IMG/VR virus record: IMGVR_UViG_3300023174_000067
Location: 1-64,000 of that record
From: a virus
Length of the DNA: 64,000 nucleotides
Strand: one strand, 5' to 3'
Under the pieces are notes generated by a model that searched no databases, had not been told where the DNA came from, and saw only the letters and a program-made list of their open reading frames with translations. The position numbers and the translations under genes were made by a program. Shown piece after piece: positions 50,736 through 59,258 of the stretch (the first letter of the stretch is position 1; the number at the start of each line of letters is the position of its first letter).

Positions 50736-51566
50736 TTAAAATGGTAATTCTGAATCGGTTTCAGAATCCATTTGTGGGTCACCGCCTAACATAACCTCAG
50801 AACTTGATGAATCACCAAACACATAACCACCCTTATCACTATCCCATCTTGGAGTTTCTCCACGGGCAATTGCTTCAAGATAATCTGTTTGTTTTTTAGA
50901 ATAAACATCTCTCCATGTTAACTCATCCTTAAGCCACTCATCAGCCTGAGCTTTTTCAGTGTGTACAGGACTTGGGTCATCATACATAACCGTTTGTATA
51001 ATTGTATAATCCTTACCTTTTGGTGTTTTAGCTTTCGCCAATTCGATGATTAAATCTCTACCTTTTTCAGGGTCAGTAACATCACCTTTAGCTCTCCAAA
51101 TGGGAATGATTTTATCAAGAACACCTTCGTTCTTATAATTGTGCTTGAAACGCCAGAACTTAACACCTTCTTCAGGTTTATCTCTGTCAATAACTTTAAC
51201 AATATAGAACTTACGCGACCTATATTGACTTGCTAATTGTTTATCCGATTCTTTACCAGTGGATATTAATTCTTCGTAAACTTCGTTGAGGGGTGAACGT
51301 TCGTTGTCGTTCTTTGCTGGGTCATAAATTTTATTCCATTGACCTCCTACCTGTACTTCGTGGAACCACGCTTCTACAAATGGTGAACTACCATCTTTGG
51401 TTGGTAAAATTCTAATTCTCTTCTGTGCTGAATTTTGATTTTGCGGGAGAATCGCGGCGAAGTATTTCTTCATCCTCTCTTCCTGAGACATTTTATTACC
51501 TCCTGAACCGCTTGACTGTTTTGATTTTTCGTACTGTGCTAAGACTGAATCTAGTGTTGACATCAT
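50736..51566 (-). CDS. T4 gp32-like single-stranded DNA-binding protein
   Basis: RIRILP, VIDRDKPEEGVKFWRF, DVTDPEKGRDLII, acidic tail ending DSELPF. Confidence 0.8.
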   Translation of the reverse strand: MMSTLDSVLAQYEKSKQSSGSGGNKMSQEERMKKYFAAILPQNQNSAQKRIRILPTKDGSSPFVEAWFHEVQVGGQWNKIYDPAKNDNERSPLNEVYEELISTGKESDKQLASQYRSRKFYIVKVIDRDKPEEGVKFWRFKHNYKNEGVLDKIIPIWRAKGDVTDPEKGRDLIIELAKAKTPKGKDYTIIQTVMYDDPSPVHTEKAQADEWLKDELTWRDVYSKKQTDYLEAIARGETPRWDSDKGGYVFGDSSSSEVMLGGDPQMDSETDSELPF

Positions 51567-51629
51567 AATTTAAGTTTTATTTAATTTTATTAATAACTAA
51601 ATATAAACTCAATTAACGTCTTTGTCAAA

Positions 51630-52304
51630 TTAAATTCCGAAATTTTTATTTGGTCCTTCGGGATTAAATGATGTTCTTATATCTGACGGTGAAAAATTAT
51701 CAACATCATCTGTAGTTAAAACATATTCATTTTTTCCCGTTTTTTGCATGTCTTGTTCTTTGTCTACAAAGAAATCAGTTAGTTTTTGATTATATGGACC
51801 AGAATCCAAACTTCTTAATTCAAGTTTTTCTTGTGGTGTTTTAGGACGAGTTTTTTCTATGGTCGCTTCTAATGAATTTATTTTATTAACTAAATTATCC
51901 ATTTCACCTAACTTAGATTCTAATCTTTCAATATGAGCAAATAATTCTTCAAAATAATCATCTTGTTTTTTAGCAATTTCTTTTTGGCTACTAACTAATT
52001 CAGTCACATCCAACTCTTCAGTATCTTCATCACCTTCTTTATCTTCAGATTCTCCCTTATTATCTATTTTTTCAACGTCAGGGTCATTTTCAACATCAAC
52101 AGGTGTTGGTTCATCTCCTGCAGGTGCATCTCCTCCTGCCGCTGGCGGCGGTGGAACATCTCCTCCTGGTGGAGGCGGTACATCACCCGCTGGCGGCGGT
52201 GGAACATCTCCTCCTGGTGGCGGTGGTGCGTCTTGTTCCATAATGTACTTATTTATAGTACGATATCTATTTAATTCTTCTATTATTTTTTTATCTATTG
52301 ACAT
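51630..52304 (-). CDS. Acidic Pro-repeat coiled-coil protein (possible head scaffold/internal protein)
   Basis: 224 aa; IIEELNRYR...IMEQ, then DxPPPP(G/A)G repeats, an acidic tract and a heptad region. Confidence 0.6.
   Translation of the reverse strand: MSIDKKIIEELNRYRTINKYIMEQDAPPPPGGDVPPPPAGDVPPPPGGDVPPPPAAGGDAPAGDEPTPVDVENDPDVEKIDNKGESEDKEGDEDTEELDVTELVSSQKEIAKKQDDYFEELFAHIERLESKLGEMDNLVNKINSLEATIEKTRPKTPQEKLELRSLDSGPYNQKLTDFFVDKEQDMQKTGKNEYVLTTDDVDNFSPSDIRTSFNPEGPNKNFGI
52127..52232 (-). repeat. GC-rich 24-bp tandem repeat encoding D(V/A)PPPP(G/A)G x4
   Basis: 33-bp identical blocks at 52140-52172 and 52188-52220. Confidence 0.9.
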
Positions 52305-52307
52305 GAC

Positions 52308-52532
52308 TTAATCGTTTAACAATTGTTTGACACCTGAAACAGTTTCAACTCTTACTTTTTTATTTTTAGACATTATATCATCTACTCTTTCAATTAAACC
52401 ATCTTTCATTCGGATAGTATAACAATCACCTGTATCCAAGTCACAAACTTGTTTACTTCCATCACCTAAATCTTTTTCTGTTGTTCTTGTGTTTTTACCT
52501 AAGTAATTATCTAAAATTAATTTTGCACTCAT
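52308..52532 (-). CDS. Small hypothetical protein with a CDLDTGDC motif
   Basis: Start reassigned to MSAKLILD (ATG 52532), downstream of TATTTATA. Confidence 0.7.
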   Translation of the reverse strand: MSAKLILDNYLGKNTRTTEKDLGDGSKQVCDLDTGDCYTIRMKDGLIERVDDIMSKNKKVRVETVSGVKQLLND

Positions 52533-52543
52533 AATATTTTTAT

Positions 52544-52551
52544 TATAAATA
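52544..52551 (-). promoter_or_regulatory. TATTTATA upstream motif
   Basis: tataaata on +, upstream of the ATG at 52532. Confidence 0.55.
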
Positions 52552-52579
52552 TCTAACTTTAATGAAAATTTCAATTTTA

Positions 52580-55500
52580 TTAAAATCCTATAGTAGGATT
52601 ATTAGCAATCTCTAACGCTTTTTCAACTATATTATATAATTCATTATAACTTTCAACATTATTAGTTTTTGAGGCGTTATATTCATTTATTGTTAAATTA
52701 TTATTCCAATATCTAGTATATGCCTCAACCATACTAGAAGGAGTATTATTAATCTGTGGCGATTTTGCACCCCATCTATACTCTAAAAATTTACACATAT
52801 TTTGAATACTATCAAAACAAGCATATGGTTGTGATTCTCCTTGTCCATCTATTTGACATAAAAATTCTTTTTTTAATTGTCCAGTTAGTTTATCACCAGG
52901 CCAAGAAGAATTATTTGGGCCATAATTTAATCTCGCACCTGAATAGTTATTATTCCAACAAACAAATTCATTAGAAGTATAAGAATTAAGATATACAGTA
53001 ACAAAAGAAATAATTTTGGTGATTTTAGGATTACTTCCGCCTGTTATAGTTGTTTTTATAGTATTAATCATATCTTGAAGATTAATTCTATTTTCACTTT
53101 GTGTCGCAGCACTGAATTTAAGTGTTTTACTATAAAGTGAAGGTATTTTACCACTACAATTACTTGTTACGGTATCTATTTTTTGTAAATTACTAGTTTG
53201 TGAATTAACAGCATTTGCATTATTAGTTTGAGTCGCACCAACACTATTTGTACTAACACCTTGTTTAAGTTTATTACTTATTTCAGTAAGTAATTCTTTA
53301 GTTAGTGTTTGTAAATAATTATCTATTTTTGGTAATGCAAATATTTGTTGTCTAGTTCCTTTGAATGTTGTTTCAAACTTACCAGGGGTGATGTTATGTT
53401 TAACACTTGTAATATAGTACGGACCATAAAACATTGGAACATATCTCAAATTAAAATACATTGTAGGTTGTATCATAACATTACCCATACACTGCACTTG
53501 GGCTTCGTATGACCTTTTCTTATAAAAATCCCATAACGAAACATTCTGAGTCGCACTACTTCTACCATTTGCTTGGTTTATAGTATTATTTAATTGAGCT
53601 AAAGATTCTGAGGTTTCTTTTCCTAAATTTTGTGAAATATCAAAATGATGAAATATATTTTGGTTTCTAATTCCAATATCAACATTAAATGCTACCACTT
53701 TATTAGATAATCCCCAATCTTGTTTATTATTTAAATTATCTAATAATGGTGACTCACTAGACCTTCTCAATTCAAAAGAATCATTTCTAAATCTATTTGT
53801 TGTATTTTTTCCAGTGTCAGTATGTTCACTACCAACCGCAGAATATGTACAAACCAATTTTGGTGATGAACTTCTTGTATCAACATTTAAAAAAGTACCA
53901 AATAAGTTATTTCCAAATTCAAGAGTACCTTCAGTTTTAGGTATATTATCTTTTTGAACTTCCTGAACATTATAATAATTAATATATGCTGGATGCATTA
54001 AACAAGTAAAATGGTGAGTTCCTAATAAAGAACTTATATAACTAAAAACAGAAGCGGCTTCATTCATATTTGCAAATAAGTTTCTAGTCTTAATTGGGTC
54101 TATATAAATTTTATCACCAATATTTCTATTTGCCCTATCTAATAATAGAACATCTTCCATAAATGTTGTTTGACTATAATCATATCCCGCAATCCAAGTA
54201 TCGTTTAAAGCCTTAAATGATTCCCATAGTTCTAATGGTGTTTGTTCTCCTTGTAATGCCTTTGTCTTTGGAGCTTCGTCAACAATTTCAATATTTGGTA
54301 ATTCTTTTTGTAATTTTGTAAAAAGAGAATTAAATACTAAGTCGGTAAATTTTTTATTGTTTAATAAATAATTGTCAATTGAGTTAACAAACTTTTTATT
54401 ATTATAATTTGGGTCTATTTTTTTTTGTGTTGCGTATATTTTAATTAAAGGTGCCAAGATTTTAACTGAGTCTGAAGTAAACTCAATATTGTTATCCACA
54501 AAAAAATCTGTTATAGTACTACCACTATTTGTATATCTTATACCATCAATAGTAGAAAATCCAACATAAGATTGCAAATCAATCCATACTTGTGGATTCG
54601 CACTTTTTGACGCAGCAATTGTAGTGGTTCCTCCTGACGTAGGTAAAGAATTAGGTATATATGGATTAAATGTTATTTTATCTTCAACATAATTTACTGT
54701 TGAAAAACTATCAAACAATTTTCTATCAAAATTAGATGGATTACCATATTTCACAACTACATCATACTCCATAAATCTTTGTATTACATTAACCGCATCT
54801 TTTAATTGATTAGATTGAATATTTTGTATGATTTCATTTGAATTATTTGCAGTGACCTGATTAACTGTTAATAAATCTATCATTAACAATTGAAAATTCT
54901 TATAGGTCGTATCTAAGTCTGTACTTAACGTGTTTATCACAATACGATTTTCCGTTAAATCATCAACTTGTTGTACCTCATACTCATATTTTGATTTTGA
55001 GAATTTTAAGAACTCGTTCTCCATCATATCTAAAATTTCTTTGTTGAATACAGAAAATATTTCTTCCATAGTAGTATAATCGGCATTATCTCCAAATGAA
55101 AATGATTCTTGAGCTGAGTCGGTACCATAAAATACTGTTTTCATATATTTGTATGGTGATGGAATGTCAATTTTAGAATTATCAAAATAACCGTAATTAG
55201 GTAATGACCAGAATGTTCTAACACTACCGTTTATAACTGCGGGATTTGATTTAACAGGTAATAATAATTTACCACTATCTTTAAAACATTCAACTTGAAC
55301 TTGATTAACGTTAGTACCAAATGATGGTACAACATATTGTTTTTTATTTTTACTGTCAATAAGAGTACAACTCCATGGTCTAAATCTTAGATTATCATTT
55401 GGATTAGCAGTATCAAATCCTGCTGTTTTATCAAATGATGATGAATCAGTATACGTTAATGTAAACCCACTAGGTGAAACTAATTGATTTTGAATTTCAC

Positions 55501-58500
55501 TATCAGTGTAATTATAAAACAAATCATATCCCCTACAAAACAAATTAAAATCATTAATAACTTTTGGATAAAATCCAACATTCATTTCGGTTAATGTTGT
55601 TGTTCCCGCCGTTGATGTTTTTTGAAGAGTTATTGATTGATTAACACCTCCAATATTTAAATTATATGATTTAGAATTTGAATTTGTTAATGGGTCAAAA
55701 TTATAAGTACCATCAAAATTACTCCATACATTTTGTAAAATATCCGTACCACTTTCAATCCAAACTTTATATCTATGCCAAATAGAACCATACTTTAAAA
55801 TCCAAGCATACGGTATTTTATGTATGGCACCAAATTTTTTAAAGGTTGCAAAAATGTAATCTAAATCAGTTGTATTAGAATTATTGTATGTTTTATATTT
55901 CTCTCTTAAAGTTCCTAATGGCAAACTATTAAGGAATAAAAAGGCTGATGAAACATATGGATGCGTATTTCCTGTTAACCAATTATAAACCCCCTGTTGA
56001 ATTGAATTAACAAAATATGGAGTGTTTAATATAGACGTTGTTTGTATACTACCAACATTACCACTGTAATAGTTATAATAAACACTACCTTCAGTTGGTA
56101 ATTGATTTTTAATACCTATGTTTGTAGTCCTTGCAGAATAAAAAGGTTTAAGTGTTACTAAACTAACATCAGGTGTTGTAATACTATAAAAATTAAAATT
56201 TGTAACGGGTCTTTTTTCAGTAGATTTAGTTGTAGGACTAAAATTAGAAATCATTTTTTTATCAGTATTAATTTCTAATGTTTTAGTAGTATTATATAAA
56301 TTAAACTCAGATGTTCCTGACCCATTAGCCATATTGGTCTTAAACCACGAAGAATCTCCTGTAAATGGAATGGTATCCGTTAAGTCAGTACTATTACTTG
56401 TTGTATTAGTTAAATATATTTTTAGTTTATCTAACTGTGCTGGTAATGGTTTAACAATATTAACACCAGGACTAATTATGGAATTATTTAATATAACAAA
56501 ACTATTATCAACTTCTTGTTGGATATATGGCGTCACAAAAATATCTCTAATGTACTTTTGCCAACTTTCTCCGACCCCATCGTTAGATACGTGAGCCAAA
56601 TATGGTACAAAGTTATTTGATGTAAAACCATATTGTTTTAACTTTTGTAACAAATAGGGTGCGTCGGTGGTTAATGATTCTTTAATATTATTAAATTCAG
56701 CCTCAGCAATTAAATCTGAAATTTCATTTTCAGAGTTAGGTTTCATAAATCTTTGATAATTTGAAGCCAAAAATACTCTTTCCCAAATTTCATACATAAA
56801 TTTAGATTCCTGTTTGTTTGAAAAAATACTATTACTTGTTGGAAAATCTAAAGCGTTTAATGAAACTCTATTTATTGATTGAGCTTCATTAGTTGTTGTA
56901 CCTCCACTATCATTTTCAGGTTTTATAGTTGCTCTTCCTTTTATATATTCTTCAACAAATTCAATTTCAGGCCAAACACCATACAAAAACCCTTTTGTTT
57001 TTGATATGAATTTAGAATCACCAGGATATGCTAATTCATACCTCTCCCCTTTATCATCATTGGTCTCATTAAAATATTGAGGCCATGGATAAATTGGTAT
57101 TAAATTTTTACCGTTAACCTCTGTAGAATCTTTAGCATCTACAGATTGTACAGTTCTATTTGTATCTAAAATAGCATTAACTCTTTCTTTAGTTTCTCTT
57201 TGTTCCCAAGCCGCAGAATGAACATCACACATAAGTCTTAGAAAGGCTTCACTACTGGCTAAAAACACCGCCAAAACATTTCTTAATATTGGCTTAAACC
57301 CTATACCTCCATCATTAGTTTCAAGTCTATCGGATAATATTTTTGATAAAACATTTTTTATTTCTTCAACTTTAGCTGCAAGTTGATTAAACATTATTTC
57401 AATTTGACTAACAAACGAGTTTTTACCCTCAAAATAATACCAATAATATTTAAGATTTAAATTTTCATCGATTTCAATTGAATTTAATACAGCTTGAACG
57501 TCAGCCCTAAATTGAGTATAAGCTGCAACATCTTGATTTGGTCTTTTTTTAGTTCTTTGATAAAACGTTTCATCATAATCAATATCGTCAGGTTTAATTT
57601 GAGGTATTGGTATAAAATCATTATAATCAATATTATTGTCTATTGTCGCTTGATTTTTATGTCCTTGGATGTCATATCCTCCTGGTTTACCAAAAGTTTT
57701 ATTATCACTTAACTGCTTATTATATGTCTCAATAAGAGACTGTAATTTTGAAATTGCCGCATCTCTAAGCCCTTTATCTCTTGTGAATTTATTAAACGTG
57801 TAAATTCTTCTTCCCGTATTTTTTTCAATAAAAAAATTCTTATCGTCCATATAGGTATAAAACCAAGAAGTACCTTTACCATAAAAAATATCTTTTTGAT
57901 ATTCAATTAATATGTTTTTATAATTTTCCGCATCGGTTAATGGAGATAAATCAGCCAATGTAAAACTGTTAGCAATATTTTTTTCTAAATTTTCTAACCT
58001 AACTAATAATTGTTGTACAGTTAACTCAGGAAAATTCTCAGGTATTAACCCTTTTGATTTATATTCTGAATAAACCTCATTTATCTTTTGTTGACCTTTA
58101 GAAATATTTCTTTGTATTACCGTTCCGTTTGTATTTCCAACGGAATTTTGAGCACTTTGTGGACCAGCATTATTTGTTGGTGATATTATGTACTTTTGAT
58201 TATACATAAACGGTAATGCTAATAAATGTTTTATCTGTAAACTAGTAAGTACATTATATTTATAAGCAAAAAATTCGACTGTTATTTTAAAATTACCACT
58301 ACCCGTATCAAAACGAGCATTAAATTTTCTTAAAGATAATTGGTATTTTATCGCCTTACCAAAATATCCCTTTAAAGTTAAATAAAATATAGGGTACGGA
58401 TAATTAAAAAACACCGCATATGGTGAGTTTTCACCTTTTTCAAATAAAGCTCTTCCTCTAATATCCTCCATTTCAATTGTCACTTTGGGAAAACCCGCCA

Positions 58501-58945
58501 AATCTGTTTCAACACTTATTTGACTAATTAGTAATAATTGAGTATCCACGTTATTACCTACTGTTTGTGAAATACTAGGTGATTTATCAGAACCTGAAAT
58601 ATTATTTTTAGTTTCAATAATTTGATTAATTCCTTTTCCTCCAACAGAATCCAATCCCGTTATTTCATCCAAATATTCATTAGACAAAAAGGTATTATCT
58701 CCAGGTTTTAAAAAGTTAACCGTAGCAATTGATATTTTTTGATTATTTAAATTACCGTTATCGTTAACGGCTAATCGAGTTCTGGGTAATAGTGTCGCCT
58801 CTAAATTGGCGTAGTAAACCAAATTCTCATGTTTGAGTAATCTCTCTTTAACATTACCCTGACTATCAATTGTTTTGTTCGGGTCTACTAATACAATATT
58901 TTGATAATCAAATTCAACCAGTATATTTTCATCGTTATCTACCAT
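52580..58945 (-). CDS. Giant baseplate hub-like protein (gp27/late-control-D type ends) with a possible C-terminal muramidase-like domain
   Basis: 2121 aa; N-terminal VTIEMEDIRGRALFE...FYLTLKGYFG; AQVQCMGNVMIQPTMYF...GPYYITSVKHNITPGKFETTFKGTR. Confidence 0.7.
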   Translation of the reverse strand: MVDNDENILVEFDYQNIVLVDPNKTIDSQGNVKERLLKHENLVYYANLEATLLPRTRLAVNDNGNLNNQKISIATVNFLKPGDNTFLSNEYLDEITGLDSVGGKGINQIIETKNNISGSDKSPSISQTVGNNVDTQLLLISQISVETDLAGFPKVTIEMEDIRGRALFEKGENSPYAVFFNYPYPIFYLTLKGYFGKAIKYQLSLRKFNARFDTGSGNFKITVEFFAYKYNVLTSLQIKHLLALPFMYNQKYIISPTNNAGPQSAQNSVGNTNGTVIQRNISKGQQKINEVYSEYKSKGLIPENFPELTVQQLLVRLENLEKNIANSFTLADLSPLTDAENYKNILIEYQKDIFYGKGTSWFYTYMDDKNFFIEKNTGRRIYTFNKFTRDKGLRDAAISKLQSLIETYNKQLSDNKTFGKPGGYDIQGHKNQATIDNNIDYNDFIPIPQIKPDDIDYDETFYQRTKKRPNQDVAAYTQFRADVQAVLNSIEIDENLNLKYYWYYFEGKNSFVSQIEIMFNQLAAKVEEIKNVLSKILSDRLETNDGGIGFKPILRNVLAVFLASSEAFLRLMCDVHSAAWEQRETKERVNAILDTNRTVQSVDAKDSTEVNGKNLIPIYPWPQYFNETNDDKGERYELAYPGDSKFISKTKGFLYGVWPEIEFVEEYIKGRATIKPENDSGGTTTNEAQSINRVSLNALDFPTSNSIFSNKQESKFMYEIWERVFLASNYQRFMKPNSENEISDLIAEAEFNNIKESLTTDAPYLLQKLKQYGFTSNNFVPYLAHVSNDGVGESWQKYIRDIFVTPYIQQEVDNSFVILNNSIISPGVNIVKPLPAQLDKLKIYLTNTTSNSTDLTDTIPFTGDSSWFKTNMANGSGTSEFNLYNTTKTLEINTDKKMISNFSPTTKSTEKRPVTNFNFYSITTPDVSLVTLKPFYSARTTNIGIKNQLPTEGSVYYNYYSGNVGSIQTTSILNTPYFVNSIQQGVYNWLTGNTHPYVSSAFLFLNSLPLGTLREKYKTYNNSNTTDLDYIFATFKKFGAIHKIPYAWILKYGSIWHRYKVWIESGTDILQNVWSNFDGTYNFDPLTNSNSKSYNLNIGGVNQSITLQKTSTAGTTTLTEMNVGFYPKVINDFNLFCRGYDLFYNYTDSEIQNQLVSPSGFTLTYTDSSSFDKTAGFDTANPNDNLRFRPWSCTLIDSKNKKQYVVPSFGTNVNQVQVECFKDSGKLLLPVKSNPAVINGSVRTFWSLPNYGYFDNSKIDIPSPYKYMKTVFYGTDSAQESFSFGDNADYTTMEEIFSVFNKEILDMMENEFLKFSKSKYEYEVQQVDDLTENRIVINTLSTDLDTTYKNFQLLMIDLLTVNQVTANNSNEIIQNIQSNQLKDAVNVIQRFMEYDVVVKYGNPSNFDRKLFDSFSTVNYVEDKITFNPYIPNSLPTSGGTTTIAASKSANPQVWIDLQSYVGFSTIDGIRYTNSGSTITDFFVDNNIEFTSDSVKILAPLIKIYATQKKIDPNYNNKKFVNSIDNYLLNNKKFTDLVFNSLFTKLQKELPNIEIVDEAPKTKALQGEQTPLELWESFKALNDTWIAGYDYSQTTFMEDVLLLDRANRNIGDKIYIDPIKTRNLFANMNEAASVFSYISSLLGTHHFTCLMHPAYINYYNVQEVQKDNIPKTEGTLEFGNNLFGTFLNVDTRSSSPKLVCTYSAVGSEHTDTGKNTTNRFRNDSFELRRSSESPLLDNLNNKQDWGLSNKVVAFNVDIGIRNQNIFHHFDISQNLGKETSESLAQLNNTINQANGRSSATQNVSLWDFYKKRSYEAQVQCMGNVMIQPTMYFNLRYVPMFYGPYYITSVKHNITPGKFETTFKGTRQQIFALPKIDNYLQTLTKELLTEISNKLKQGVSTNSVGATQTNNANAVNSQTSNLQKIDTVTSNCSGKIPSLYSKTLKFSAATQSENRINLQDMINTIKTTITGGSNPKITKIISFVTVYLNSYTSNEFVCWNNNYSGARLNYGPNNSSWPGDKLTGQLKKEFLCQIDGQGESQPYACFDSIQNMCKFLEYRWGAKSPQINNTPSSMVEAYTRYWNNNLTINEYNASKTNNVESYNELYNIVEKALEIANNPTIGF

Positions 58946-59258
58946 AATAAAAGAAATAATTATTTAATGCCGCTTCGTAATCCTGTACAGAAGCTACTAA
59001 AGGAAATGGAATTGTCAATAGAGCACCGTCAGGAATATTCCATTCTAATCCACCAAATTCAGGATTTGCTTGTAATATTAACCAACCAAAAAATGGTGAG
59101 TCATAAAAATCCTGACTTATTTTATCAAGTCTACTTACACCAACTTTATAAAAATATCTTTTATCTGATGATTTTCCTGGTATTTTAACAAACGGAACTA
59201 CGGTTTGTTCCCCATTTATTAAAAAATTAATGTATCTATTAAAATATAAGTTACTCAT
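58935..59258 (-). CDS. gp53/LysM-like baseplate protein
   Basis: RLDKISQDFYDSPFFGWLILQANP...GALLTIP. Confidence 0.8.
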   Translation of the reverse strand: MSNLYFNRYINFLINGEQTVVPFVKIPGKSSDKRYFYKVGVSRLDKISQDFYDSPFFGWLILQANPEFGGLEWNIPDGALLTIPFPLVASVQDYEAALNNYFFYYGR

